From: Octopus sinensis
Lineage: Eukaryota
Assembly (NCBI RefSeq): GCF_006345805.1
Contig: NC_043020.1
Span: 8,742,001-8,806,000 of the forward strand
Direction: 5' to 3'
Length of the DNA stretch: 64,000 bases
The stretch's first letter is position 1. Every line of letters begins with the position of its first letter. The notes beneath the pieces were generated by a model. That model had not been told where the DNA came from. It searched no databases and worked only from the letters and a program-made list of their open reading frames with translations. Positions 38,394 through 52,522 of the stretch are shown here, in pieces. The position numbers and the translations under genes were made by a program.

Positions 38394-38644
38394 ATTGGGT
38401 TGGTGCATAATTATTGTGGATTTTTTTCAACAAATTGTATTCCACAAAAACAATAACAATATTTAACAAAAACATATTTAAATGATGGTCTGACTGTCTG
38501 CCAAGCAAGTGGGAAGCAGTAATTGAAGTAGGTGGTGAATAGGCACCGGAATAATCATTTAAAGATGCTTTTGTTACTTGTTGTTATTGATTTTGTTGAA
38601 TAAAATTTGTTGAAAAAAAAGCCACAATAATTATGCACGAACCC

Positions 38645-38646
<2 letters not shown>
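38394..38646. mobile_element. mariner-type MITE in (TA)n
   Basis: TIR (T/A)GGGTT(G/C)GTGCATAATTATTGTGG at both ends. Confidence 0.8.
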
Positions 38647-38697
<51 letters not shown>

Positions 38698-38702
<5 letters not shown>

Positions 38703-39040
38703 GACCCCCTTCGGTCAGACACTGACTATGGGCTTGTACCTAGAGAGTTACGCTCTGAGGCACAAATCTGGGCAAGGTTGTTTTTATGGAAGACCAGCAG
38801 GCGCCCACGCATACCGGCCTCCCCTCGCCATGCCACCAGTGTTATCCAAGGGAAAGGCAAGGACCGATACAGCTTGGTACCTGTGATGTCGCAACTCATT
38901 TTTACAGCTGAGTGAACTGGAGCAACATGAAATAAAGTGTCTTGCCCAAGAACACAACACGCAGCCCGGTCTGGGATTCGAGCTCACAATCTCACGATCG
39001 TGAGGTCGACGCTCTAACCACTGAGCCACACGCCTTCACA
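38698..39040 (-). mobile_element. tRNA-head SINE with CORE-like domain (family D)
   Basis: GTGTTCTTGGGCAAGACACTTTATTTCA..GCTCCAGTTCACTCAGCTG resembles the CORE domain as I recall it; sister copy at 23100-23420 (+). Confidence 0.7.
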
Positions 39041-39504
39041 ATATATATATATATATATATATATTGTGATTAACAAGACTACCAGATTTTGTTATCCATT
39101 ACTGGTCACAATGTGAAGGCGCATTGCCTAGAGGTTAGGATGTAACACTCAAGATTGTTAAATTTTGGGTTTGACTCCTGGACCAAGCACGGTGTGTTGT
39201 GTTCTTGAGCAAAACACTTCATTTCACATTGCTCCAGTTCACTCAGCTGCAAATGGGTACACTCTGTGAGGGACTGGCATCCTATCCAGGGGATTTGTTG
39301 GCTTGCTTGCCTAGCCAGTGGGGTGGCATCATTTGAAAGCTAAAACGATGCATTGTGACCAGCAATGTGTACACACGAATTTAGCTGTTCAGGCTACATT
39401 TGACAGTTTGCCTAAAAGGAAAAGAAAACACAAAAACTCACCCAAAAACAAAAGGATTTTTTAAAGAAAATCAAAAAAAATATCAACAAGATTATGGCTG
39501 GGGG

Positions 39505-39880
39505 GGAGAACAGTTTACTTAAAGTAGCTGCCCTCACCTTCCACCATGGCTTTAAGGCAACTCCAGAAAATGGAGCATGTGTTCCTCACTGCATCCATGG
39601 GAAGATCTTTGAAAGCCACCTTGGTCTTGGCCATCAGCAGATCAGCCTTGGTTTTTGCGGGCTGAGTGGTTGGTGTCTTTCTCAACTGTGCCCCACACAT
39701 AGTAATCCACGGGATTACAAGTGGAAGAATTAGGAGGCCAAAAATTGGGGCTGGTGAAGTCATAGAAATTCTCCGACAACCACACTTCTGACTCATTTTA
39801 GAAGCATGATAAGGAGCCAAATCCTACCGCCACACATATGGCTTTCCAACAGCAACCCTCTCTAACCAGGGTTTGACCAC
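39505..39880 (-). pseudogene. Tc1/mariner-superfamily transposase C-terminal relic (possibly maT/DD37D-like)
   Basis: Across frames: Q*DLAPYHAS.., NFYDFTSPNFWPPNS..NPVDYYVWG.VEKDTN, ..L.AMVEGEGSYF. Confidence 0.7.
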
Positions 39881-40283
39881 AGTTTCAAGTGGCTTCACTA
39901 GAGTCACATAATATTAGAAATCACATAGTACACTCTGTACGAAAGTTGACATTTGGGAGGGCATCCAGCCATAGAAACCATGCCAGAACAGACAATGGAC
40001 AATGGAGCCTAGTGTGGCCCCGTGGCCTTGCCAGCTCCTGTCAAACCATCCAACCCATGCCAGTATGGAAAATGGATGTTAAATGATGATGATGATGATA
40101 TATAACTTCAGAATTCAGAAGACAACACCTCAGCAATGACTGAAAAAACCACAAAAGAAAATATCCTTCAGTTCCATGATGAAAAAATGGCAGGAAGATA
40201 TTGTGGCACCCAATAGCATTCCCACTTGGATCATCTTTTGGTCTTTCATCCATGACCAAAAAAAAAAAAAAAAAAAAGGAATA

Positions 40284-40685
40284 GGCACAGGAGTGGCTGT
40301 GTGGTAAGTAGCTTGCTAACCAGCCACATGGTTCTGGGTTCAGCCCCACTGCGTGGCATCTTGGGCAAGTGTCTTCTGCTATAGCCTTGGGCCGACCAAT
40401 GCCTTGTGAGTGGATTTGGTAGACGGAAACTGAAAGAAGCCTGTCGTATATATGTATGTGTGTGTATATGTTTGTGTGTCTGTGTTTGTCCCTCTAGCAT
40501 TGCTTGACAACTGATGTTGGTGTGTTTATGTCCCCGTCACTTAGCGGTTCGGCAAAAGAGACCGATAGGATAAGTACTGGGCTTACAAAGAATAAGTCCC
40601 GGGAGGTCGATTTGCTTGACTAAAGGCGGTGCTCCAGCATGGCCGCAGTCAAATGACTGAAACAAGTAAAAGAGTAAAGAGTAAA
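40284..40685 (+). mobile_element. SINE family A copy
   Basis: Matches the consensus. Confidence 0.88.
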
Positions 40686-41721
40686 GAGGATGAAGATAAT
40701 TTTCATCTGTGTCCCATTTACCTGGCCCTTCACTACATTTAGCAGTGTTCCTACTGTTGGAGACAAGTCCTCATACTGGATAGCCAAAGGATCTCTGTGT
40801 ATTTTAACGTGTTGCCTCCTTCCTTCCTAACCAACCACGGAGCTGTTTCTTCTTCTTATTCTTCTTCTTCCCTGCCTTCTCCCCACACTCCAAGGCCATT
40901 ATATTACTGTCCCGAGTCCTAGAACTCGCGGGGCCAGTTACTCAGTTTTCATGGTATATAAATGACCAAGGTCACTCATATTGACTTCGATGGGACATCA
41001 GTCCATTGTAGGGTTACTCATTTACGGCTGAGTGGGCTGGAGTGATATGAAATAATAATGATAATAATAACAAAATTATTGTGTATAGTGCTCAGGTGCA
41101 CTACAACTCATCAAAGGTGCATGTACAGTTCATAGAATTATGTACAAAAGTCAGGAAAGTGAACAGTGTATGAGTCATGATATACATGTGTGCATGCGTA
41201 TGGAGGGTTGGGATATCAGGTGAAGTGTTGGTGAATTTCAGGAAGCATGGAGGTTTTAAAGGATGAAGTGGTTTGGTCAAGAACAGAACGCACTGCCCAG
41301 TTGGGGAATTGAAACCATGATCTTCTGATTTTCAGTGCTATGTCATAACCACAAGGCCCCTGTACCTTCACATACACTCAATATTGGCACCTCCTCCAAG
41401 AAACACCTCCTCAAAACTCCCAACTGTGGTACCTATTTACGGCCAGGAGGAGTGTACCAGTGACAGGTGTGTGTACAGAGGCGATGGTCGGACACACACA
41501 TGTCCAGTCCTCTAGCCAGTTATGAGTCAGGAAATAAGTTGGCATTTGGAAGGGCGCTCAGCTGTAAAAACCATGCCAAATTAGACTGTGGAGTTTAGTG
41601 CAGTCCTCTGGTTGGCCAGCTTCATGTCAAACTGACCCAACCCAAGCCAGCACAGAAGAGGACAGACATTGATGATGATGATGATTATGATGAATAAAAA
41701 TCCTGAAAGAACTCAACTCAC

Positions 41722-41774
41722 CATATAGTGCGGTCCACGCTTGGTTAATGACATCCAAACACACCGTTCCCGAC
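41722..41774 (-). CDS. UBE2H: UBE2H coding exon (53 bp): SGTVCLDVINQAWTALY(D), containing the catalytic Cys
   Basis: cacag acceptor, gtgagt donor; GTVCLDVINQ.W is the UBE2H/Ubc8 active-site signature. Confidence 0.96.
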
Positions 41775-42497
41775 CTGTGAAATGTTTAATTAAGACATTG
41801 TTAAATTGGGAGACAGTAATCACAGGAGTGATGGTGGGATGGGGGGAGAGAGAGAGGGGGGGACCAAAAGCACAACTCTCACTTTGGATAAGGTAAAAAG
41901 GAAAAGAAACTAAAATGACCAGATGACCACAGTGGTCACGCCAACTTCAAAAAGGTTGACATTTTAACATGGAGAGTGGAGCGGGGAAGATGAGGAGGAG
42001 GGAGAGGGGAAGAGAGGAAAGAGGGGAGGAGATGGAAGGGAGGGGAGGAGAGGGAGAGAAGTGAGAAAGAAAAAGATAAACCTACAAATAACATCAGGTA
42101 AAATATTAAGAAAAAACAAAAACCCCTTGTGGATAGAAAAAGTCAAAGGTTGGCCCCATGGGACATGAAGCCACATCCTTTCCTATCCAAAAGGGGTTTT
42201 AACTTGATATTCTTCTACATACTATTATTTATAGTTTTATCTAATTCAAGTTTCCCCATTAACCCTTTGGTTACCCCATATTTCTGTTGAAATCCACTCC
42301 CTTTATTTCAATTAATTTTGAAAATGAAGAATTTACTAAAATAACTGTTGCTATTTGACTGGTTTTCAGAACATAAATTAACGTGAAATTTTGGTGGAAA
42401 GTTTTGCCAGAGATCACTTTAACCCCTTAGGCCTTCAGGATTTTCTGTCCACCGCATTTTTTATCTATTGATACAGCTGAGAATTTATCCTGCATTG

Positions 42498-42881
42498 TGG
42501 AGGCGCAATGGCCCAGTGGTTAGGGCAGCGGACTCGCGGTCGTAGCATTGCGGTTTCGATTCCCAGACCGGGCGTTGTGAGTGTTTATTGAGCGAAAAAC
42601 ACCTAAAGCTCCACGAGGCTCCGGCAGGGGATGGTGGTGATCCCTGCTGTACTCTTTCACCACAACTGTCTCTCACTCTTACTTCCTGTTTCTGTTGTAC
42701 CTGTATTTCAAAGGGCCGGCCTTGTCACACTCTGTGTCACGCTGAATACCCCCCGAGAACTACGTTAAGGGTACACGTGTCTGTGGAGTGCTCAGCCACT
42801 TACACGTTAATTTCACGAGCAGGCTGTTCCGTTGATCGGATCAACCGGAACCCTCGTTGTCGTAACCGATGGAGTGCTTCT
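42498..42881 (+). mobile_element. SINE family C, full length, young
   Basis: 14-bp target-site duplication ATTTATCCTGCATT at 42483-42496 and 42882-42895; CpGs retained. Other copies at 49995-50378 and 62454-62793 (minus). Confidence 0.9.
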
Positions 42882-44136
42882 ATTTATCCTGCATTATCTT
42901 GTAGCTTTCAGATTTCAATAATGTGATTAAGCTGGCAGAAACGTTAGCATGCCGCGAGAAATGCTTAACAATATTTCGTCTGCCATTTCGTTCTGAGTTC
43001 AAACTCCATCAAGGTCAACTTTGCCTTTCATCCTTTCGGGGTCGATTAAATAAGTACCAGTTACGCACTGGGGGATCGATGTAATCAACTTAATATCCCT
43101 TTGTCTGTCCTTGTTTGTCCCTTGTGGGTAGTAAAGAAGTAAATAATGTGATTGTTTGCTTTTAGAATGACATTGTAGGGTAAGTGTGAGAGGCTGGATC
43201 TGGCCACTTTGAACATATAACAGATAGAATATTAGGACCAGATATGGCCAGTTTAAATGTTAAAGGGTTAAAACATAAAATTTATATCACAAAACCAAGG
43301 ACAGTTTGATGTGGATTAGCATCAAAAGGGTTAAAATGATTCCTTTCATTCATTAACCCTCAACCATTGCTTCTCATGTCACCACTTTGTAGTCTGTGCT
43401 CCACTGAGGAGGTCTAACTAGATTGAAACATGACTACAGTTATCACCCATATTTACTGAAATGATTCGCTGTTGATCTGATGTTATCTAGACCTCCTCCT
43501 ATAAATATTTCTAATTTAATTTTTGATAGCCACAACATTGAATATGTCGACAATAACTTCAATATATATCATACAAGCAGACAAAAGTTAACCACAACAA
43601 CAGCAGTGGTAACATGCATGTTCTGAGTTCAAATCCAATAGTTTCATCGGACAAGGATTGATTTGTAAACGTTTTATAGTCTTATGAAACATCAGCAGCG
43701 TCTCAGGCTAGGTGAGCTGCCAACTGTCTGTCTCTCTCTCTCTCCACACATGCACACACAGTTACATTGCATACACTACATATATATCATTCCCACTTCA
43801 ACCATGCTGCCATCTCACACACACACACACACCACCACCTCATCAACCTCCTCTTCTCAAATTCTCAAAACAGCCATAACATACATACCAGAAATATTCA
43901 CTTTGACACAAACACACACACACACACACATTCCTTTCATCACTTTCACATACACCTCAACACAAACACACAACCTACATATTTTTATATACTTAAATAC
44001 ATTCCCCCGCTCCACCACATTGACATATCCACACACATATACACCTATTTCAACACAGATACCATCATACACTCACACACGAAAACACACCACCTCCGTA
44101 TTTTCAAATACCCAGACACAAACATTTATATTCAGG

Positions 44137-44616
44137 ATGCCAGTGCTGCCTTGACTGGCTTTTCTGTGCCGGTGGCACATAAAAAGCACCATCCGAACGT
44201 GGCTGATGCCAGCGCCGCCTTAGCTGGCTTCCGTGCTGGTGGCACATAAAAAGCACCATCCAAACGTGGCCGATGCCAGCGCCGCCTTGACTGGCTTTTC
44301 TGTGCCGATGGCACATAAAAAGCACCATCCGAACGTGGCCGATGCCAGCGCCGCCTTGGCTGGCTTCCGTGCCGGTGGCACGTTAAAAGCACCAACCGAT
44401 CATGGCCGATGCCAGACCCCCCTGGCACCTGTGCAGGTGGCACGTAAAAAGCACCCACTACACTTGCGGAGTGGTTGGCGTTAGGAAGGGCATCTAGCTG
44501 TAGAAACACTGCCAGATCAGACTGGAGCCTGGTGCAGCCTCCTGGCTTCCCAGACCCCGGTCGAACCGTCCAACCCGTGCTAGCGTGGAAAACGGACGTT
44601 AAATGATGATGATGAT
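44137..44616 (+). repeat. Family E SINE with alternating 67/69-bp tandem units
   Basis: GGCAC(A/G)T motif at 44174, 44241, 44310, 44377 (136-bp dimer period). Confidence 0.85.
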
Positions 44617-44776
44617 ACCTACATACAGATACATCGACTTCAACACTTACACATACTTCTGTACTTTCATACACCTACAAACACACACATCTACTTCAGA
44701 ACATACATACACATATATACACAGAGCAGTGGGGAAAGGAATTTCTAGCAAGAAAGTCACAGAGAAACCAACTTAC

Positions 44777-44816
44777 ACTTCATCGATGTTAGGATGGAAT
44801 ATTCTGTTCATAAAAC
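44777..44816 (-). CDS. UBE2H: UBE2H coding exon (40 bp): GFMNRIFHPNIDE(V), containing the HPN motif
   Basis: ttgcag acceptor, gtaagt donor; in frame with the flanking exons; E2 HPN tripeptide. Confidence 0.96.
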
Positions 44817-45914
44817 CTGCAACAGACAAAAAACAGAATGGTTAAAGGTCAAACAAGTAGAGGAAGGAATAGTATAAATATATTCAGTAATTCCTTGACT
44901 ATCGTTGGTGTTACATCACCCTCCACCCCCCCCCCGCCGACAGGTGAAAAATCTGTGAAGTAGAAACAGTACTGTACTCTTTAATCTCTCTCTTACTTGT
45001 TTCAGTCATTTGACTGCGGCCATGCTGGAGCACCGCCTTTAGTCAAGCACTAGTCTTTGCACTTTCATGCGAGTTCCATTATGTAATACTTGACTGATTG
45101 AAAGATTTTTTTTAGCAGCATTACAATAGGACACTGAATCTGTGCTTAAGTATGTTTTAGGTGCTTAAGTACGTTTCTGGTATAATCTGTGCTTAAGTAC
45201 GTTTCTGGTATAATATTAAGGACTTTGTCATTTTTGCAAGACAGAATTTGTAGGAGATAAAATTACTTGTTTTTCCATTTCTTCTGGTGTGCAGTTGTTG
45301 AAAATTTCTGGATGCAAAAGAACGAAATAATAAATAGATTTATAAATGAAAGTTTGATAATTGTGTTTATTTCCACCACATGACACATTATTGCAAACAT
45401 GTTTTAACTAACCTATACTATACACACACACAAACATACATTCATATATATATATCTCGAGTTGCGGCTGTAAAGGGACCAGCCTTGTCATATTCAGTGT
45501 GAGGCTGAATCTCCCTGAGAACTACGTTAATGTTATGCATGTCTGTGGAGTACTCAGTCATGTGTGAGTTAATTTTATCCTCATGTGGTAATGAAAAGTG
45601 AAATTGACAGCCAATATTTGCTGTGTCTATGTTACTTTGAACATTTCTTTGGATTTTTGTACCCACTGTCTCTCTCACTTTCTTTGTGTATATGTATCTA
45701 TGTCTCTTGTGATGTGATAAACATTTAAAAATAAAACGAACGCCGTCACCACTCACTGTCTCTCTTTCTCTCTCACTTTTTCTATTACTTCCTCTCTGTC
45801 CTCCTCTCTCTCGTGTGACACACACAACAGGTATGTACAAAAGCAAAAAGTTAGTGTATTAATATTATTGATTATATTTATATTACTAAAATAGCAGAAC
45901 CATCGGTCACAGAA

Positions 45915-46129
45915 AATGCTTGGGATTTCTTCTGGCCTTTTTATGCTCAGAGTTCAAATCACTCAAAGGTCAACTTTGCCTTTCATTCTTTTGAGGTCAA
46001 TAAAAGAAAGTACTAGTCAAGTACTGGCATTGATGGGATCAGCTGACACACTTCCACTAAAAATTGCTAGCCTTGTGCATAAATCAGAAACCATTATTAT
46101 TATTATCATTAATAATAATAATAATAATG

Positions 46130-46168
<39 letters not shown>

Positions 46169-46750
46169 AAAGGCAATGAGCTGGCAGAATTGTTAACATG
46201 CTGGGCAAAATGCTTAGTGGTATTTTGTCTGTCACTATGTTCTGAGTTCAAATTCCGCCAAAGTCGAATTTCAGGCCTTTGTACCTTTAGTAGAAAGGAT
46301 TATTATTATCATTATTATTATCATTATTATTAAGGCAGTGAGGTGGCAGAGTCGTTAGCACACTGGGCGAAATTCTTAGCAGTATTTTGTCTGCTGCTAT
46401 GTTCCATGTTCAAATTTCACTGAGGTTGACTTTGCCTTTCATTTTCCAGAGTCAAATAAGTACCAGTTATGCACTGGGGTCGATGTAATCAACATAATTT
46501 CCTCCCACAAGCTGCCCTTGTAGTAAAAATTTGAATCCATTATCATCATTATTAAGGCAGTGAGCTGGCAGAATCGTTAGCATGCCGGGTGAAATGCTTA
46601 GCAGTACTTTGCCCGTTGCTACATTCTGGGTTTAAATTCTGCTGAGGCCAACTTTGCTTTTCATCTCTTTGGGGCTGATAAAACATTGGGGTCAATGTAC
46701 TTGACTCACCCTGCCCTCAAAACTGCTGCCCTTGTGGCAAAATTATTATT
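45915..46750 (+). repeat. Head-to-tail chain of 3-4 diverged family B SINEs joined through (ATT)n tails
   Basis: AAGGCA(A/G)TGAG heads near 46170, 46333 and 46554, each after an ATT tract. Confidence 0.8.
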
Positions 46751-47502
46751 ATCATCATTATTTTTTGTGGTCTGGTCTAGTAAGTTACTTGGGGACCTCG
46801 CTGGTGCTGGTGCTACATATAAGCACCCAGAACACACTGTGAAAGGGTTGGTGTTAGGAAGGGTCTCCAGTCACAGAAACTATGCTGAAGCAGACACCTG
46901 GAGCCTGGTGCAGTCATCTGGCTTACCAGTTCCTGTCTAACCATCCAACCCATACAAGCAAGAAAAACAGACATTAGATGATCATATTTTTTTTTTTTTT
47001 GTTACAGTATCAAAGTAACTAAATGGAAAAAAAGACAAACTTGTCATTTCTATTTATATAGACAATGACACCCAGCTACAATAGAGGACAACAGATGACA
47101 GGGACCAGCCAACAAGTGAGTCCCTATGTGGCAGTTTGATTTGCTAGAAATAGCAGCCAGATCTGGTTTTATAAAGGAGAGGAAGCACTGGATAATGTTG
47201 TCCTGGATTTACTCCTTGTAATCATTGTTTTTGAGTCTGTTTCGGTATGCTGACTTTGGGTCGGATGGGACATTTTGAGGCAGCAATCTAGAATGCTTTT
47301 CGATCATAGATCAACTCAGGCCTGACCTGGGGCTAAACAAAACCACCAAATGAATGAGATGAGTCAACGAGGGAGTCTGAATTGCTAGAGATAGCAGCCA
47401 GGTGTCTTTCAAATCAAACCCCACCACCCTCACTGCCTCAGAAAATGTAGAACACAACAACGATGGTAATCAGAGATTTTCTGAAGAAAAGAAATTTCAA
47501 AT

Positions 47503-47536
<34 letters not shown>

Positions 47537-47773
47537 CCGGTGGCACGTAAAATGCACCAATCCGACCATGGCCGTTGCCAGCCTCACCTGGCACCTGTGC
47601 AGGTGGCACGTAAAAAGCACCCACTACACTCACGGAGTGGTTGGCGTTAGGAAGGGCATCCAGCTGTAGAAACATTGCCAGATAAGACTGGAGCCTGGTG
47701 CAGCCTTCTGGCTTCCCAGATCCCCGGTCGAACCGTCCAACCCATGCTAGCATGGAGAACGGACGTTAAACGA

Positions 47774-47807
<34 letters not shown>

Positions 47808-50800
47808 AAATAAAATACATGAGATCGTCACAGGTGGAGAACCTTTGACTATAATTCTACGGGATTAAGGAGGGCCCACATGAGAAACAAACAACAGATA
47901 AAAGACAAAACAAAACAACAACAAAATAAAATGAAATAAAAATAGAAAGGATTAAGACCATGGATCAAGATTAAGAACATAATTTGTTGTGCTGGCTTTT
48001 GTTGAAAATTTTAATCCGACAAATATTTCACAAGCAACATGGCAACTAATTCATCCTAGTTACATTCTCCTACTGTTGGCAGCCATTATACTGTGGCTAT
48101 GCTGGAGCACCCAGCACCTTCACGTTGGTCTGAGACAACATATTTTATTGATTTTTTTTTTCATTATTAATTAATTGGCCGAGTTTATCTTGTTTTTCTT
48201 TTGGAGTAATGTGACATACACCTCAATACCCATTTCTTTATTACCCACAAGGGGCTAAACATAGAAGGGACAAACAAGGACAGACATAGGTATTAAGTTG
48301 ATTACATCGGACCCAGTGCGTAACTGGTACTTAATTTATCGACCCCGAAAGGATGAAAGGTAAAGTCGACCTCGGCGGAATTTGAACTCACAACGTAACG
48401 GCAGACGAAATACTGCTAAGCATTTCGCCCGACGTGCTAACGTTTCTGCCAGCTCGCCGCCTTCAATACCACAAGGCACTTTTACCACCTCAATACCACA
48501 AGGCACTTTTCGTTGGATATAGTCACACATCTTTCTACCTGTCCATCCATTCATCAATCCATCCACTTATCTACCCACTTATGTATGTATGTATCTAGCT
48601 GTCTGTCTAGCTATCCATCTATCTGTCGATCCATCTATTTATCTTACCTACTTATGTATCTATCTCTCTATCTGTCCATCTATCTACCAACACTATCATC
48701 AATTTTAATGCCAACTTTTCCAGGTCACATGATGGAATTTGTTGAAGTGGATTTTCTACAGCTGGATGCTCTCTCTGTCACCAACCATCACCTATTTCTG
48801 AGTAAGGTAATATTTTCCATTTCCCTTGATCAAACACGTTTTCACAGAGGATTGGAAGCAAGTGAGAAACCTTGTGGTTGAGAAACAAATTCCTTAATCT
48901 CACAGAACACCTGTGCCTATACAGTACTCATGACCCCTTCAGAGGGCCACTGAAACTAGTGGGAGGGAGCTAGGAAGATACCCTCAAACTGAAAATCTGG
49001 CTTAAATGTTTACAACAGAGTAAACTCCATGAAAAGGTACCCGATGTGCCGATTGATGGTGTTAAGCTAGAGGGACAGATAAGCATATCACCCAATTTGG
49101 CTGCTATTTCTAGCTCTGATCCATAAACTAATTGCTCCAAATATACTCGCACTCACCTCCCCCCATATTTTACATTACTACAAGCAGTGCTTTACAGGAC
49201 AGAATGCAGTGGGTGTGCCAATCCAGACATGTTTGCTTTCTTTTCTCCACTTGCCATCATCATGATTTAACACCTGCTTTCCATGTTGGCATGGGTGGGA
49301 TGGTCAACAGGAGCTGGACGGGTAAAAGACTACACCAGGCTACTGTGTCTGTTCTGGCATGGTTTTTATGGCTGGATGCTCATCCTAACACCAACCACCC
49401 CACAGAATGGACAGGGCCATGTGTAAAGGACCTGCGCCAGTGTCGTGTATGGATCACTAGTGCTGGTGCCATGAAAAGAGCTTCCAGCACACACTATAAG
49501 GTGGTTGGCATTAGGAAGGGCATCCAGCCACAGAAACTATGCCCAAACATACGAATGGAGCCTGGTGCAGCTTCTTAGTTGGCCAACTCCTGTTGACCCA
49601 TCCAACCCATGCCAGCATGGAAAAACGGATGTTAAATGATGATGATGATTCACCATTGTCCATTCTGTTCATCTATGCCAGATGATGTTTAGTCTAGAGG
49701 TCAGTTCTGATCAAGAAGACTTACAGCCAAAAGCATTCCAATGTGACCATCCTGTCTTTTCTGTTTTTTGTTCTAGTCAAGCCATATCTAAGATCACACT
49801 CACTAAGACATGGTAGTTTTGTTTTTGTTTGAGGAATATATGGCTACTATTCCTAGCGACTGTACAGAGGGTCCCTCATTGGTTCATAGGAGACTAATGT
49901 GGTGGCAAGACTCAGTTTGACTCTTGCTCTGATTCAGTATTTATCAATCAGAGATGGCACACATCACAACACAGCTTTGGTTATTAATGTGGTGTGGAAG
50001 CACTCCGTCGGTTACAACGATGAGGGTTCCGGTTGATCCGAATCAACGGAACAGCCTGCTCGTGAAATTAACGTGTAAGTGGCTGAGCACTCCACAGACA
50101 CGTGTACCCTTAACGTAGTTCTCGGGGATATTCAGTGTGACACAGAGAGTGACAAGGCCGGCCTTTTGAAATACAGGTACAACAGAAACAGGAAGTAAGA
50201 GTGAGAGAAAGCTGTGGTGAAAGAGTACAGCAGGGATCACCACCATCCCCTGCCGGAGCCTCGTGGAGCTTTTAGGTGTTTTCGCTCAATAAACATTCAC
50301 AACGCCCGGTCTGGGAATCGAAACCGCGATCCTATGACCGCGAGTCCGCTGCTCTAACCACTGGGCCATTGCGCCTCCGGTTATTAATGACACTTAAGGT
50401 GATGATGATGATGATGTTGTTTGTGTATGTGTGTGTGTTTCATGGTAGTTTGCCTGTGGGGAGACAAGATCTTTTATCTTTTACTGGATTCAGCTATTTG
50501 ACTGCAGCCATACTGGAGCACCACCTTCAAGAGTTTTTAGATGAACGAATTGATCCCAGTACTTATTATATCAGTCATTGCCAAATTGCAAAGTCATGGG
50601 GATGTAAACAAACCAATAGCAGTTGTCAAGAGACAAACACACATGATGGGCTTCTTTCAGTTTCCGCCTAACATCCACTCACAAGGCCTTAGCCAGTCCA
50701 AGGCTATATATATAGTATAAAGACACTTGCCCAAGGTGCCATGCGGTGGGACTGAACCTGGAAAGCAAACTTCCTACTACACATCAACATCTGTGCCTAT

Positions 50801-51502
50801 GTTGATAGCTGTAATAGTAGCTGTGCTGGGAAGTTTAGAGGCAACAATCTATGTAGTAGCAGGCAATGTGAGGGTGAGAGCTTGCTATTGAATCTGACCA
50901 TAACCTCAACACACGTCCAGTTGGTCTTTCGTTTTAAGTATTCAAATTTCATTGTGTACGTGTGAACTGCTCAGCCACAGGGGCATAAACAAACAAACAC
51001 TGGTTGTCACATGGTGGTCTTGTGATAGTACAAATAATTCTGCTTTGTGTCGACACCAAGTTTGTGGTGGGAAAGTTGGAAAAGTGAGGGGAAAAAGAAA
51101 GAAAAAAAAAGCAAGACTATTCAATCGATAATTGATCTAACATATTGATCTGGATGCCCAGATCAATATGTGTACATTGTCTTATAGTAGTGGTTGCCAA
51201 CCTTTCCTATGCCCCATACCTCTAAAAAAAATGTTTGATTAATTTTTTCACCCCACACTCCCCCTATGTTATATCTGAAGAAGAAACAATCAATTTTCTA
51301 ATAACTAATTAATTTTCTTTAAATTGAACCAAGATACATTAATTAGTATTGTGAGGATAAACAAAGTGAACTCCTAACAAAATAAGTTTTTCATTTTGTG
51401 TACAAAATACAAACAGATCAATAAGAAAAAATTATGAGCAGTAAAATCAATCACAATTGTGAACAGGAATTTCAATAATGTCTTTGTTTCTGATTCTCAT
51501 TT

Positions 51503-51897
51503 TCTTTTTACTTGTTTCGGTCATTTTGACTGCGGCCATGCTGGAGCACCGCCTTTAGTCGAGCAAATCGACCCCGGGACTTATTCTTTGTAAGCCTAGT
51601 ACATATTCTATCGGTCTCTTTTGCCGAACCGCTAAGTGACGGGGACGTAAACACACCAGCATCGGTTGTCAAGCAATGCTAGGGGGACACACACAAACAC
51701 ACACACATATATATATATATATATACATATATACGACAGGCTTCTTTCAGTTTCCGTCTACCAAATCCACTCACAAGGCATTGGTCGGCCTGGGGCTATA
51801 GCAGAAGACACTTGCCCAAGATGCCACGCAGTGGGACTGAACCCGGAACCATGTGGTTGGTTAGCAAGCTACTTACCACACAGCCACTCCTGCGCCT
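51503..51897 (-). mobile_element. SINE family A copy
   Basis: Matches the consensus. Confidence 0.88.
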
Positions 51898-52486
51898 GAC
51901 TTTTTATCAAAACATGGAACTTTCTAGTTGATTGTTGGTCCACAGTTCTGTCTGTGGATTCAGGTGGTTCCTAGATTTTGTCTTCATTTGTTTTCTTACC
52001 TCACAGGTGTGGCTGTCTGGTAAGAACCTTGCTTCCTAACCACATGGTTTTGGGTTCTGTCCCACTGTGTAGCACCTTGGGCAAGTGTCTTTTACTATAG
52101 TCTCAGGCTGACCAAAACTTTGCAAGTGGATTTGGCAGACGGAAACTGAAAGAAGCCTGTTACATGCGTGTGTGTGTCTGTCTCCCACTATTACCTGACA
52201 ACCAGTGTTGGTGTGTTTATGTCCCTGTAACTTAGCATGGAAAATGAACACAGAACAATGGAGGTGAGAATAGTGATGACGTTGGGGAGGGAGATGCAAG
52301 AGGATAATAATAGAATGAGGGCACAGTTCTTGGTGTGTTTAATGAAATAAAAATTATTGCTTAAGAGTTAATAATTTTATTTTACAAAGCAATTTTAATA
52401 AACTCTGTACTTCACCTCTTTGTCACACAATTTCTGAAATGAAAGCATTGCATCCCCAGGGGGCATGGTACCCCACATAGTAGTAC

Positions 52487-52522
<36 letters not shown>

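Noticed and set aside
51140-51171. 14-bp perfect hairpin as a pre-miRNA
   Set aside because: Stem too short for a miRNA precursor; isolated.
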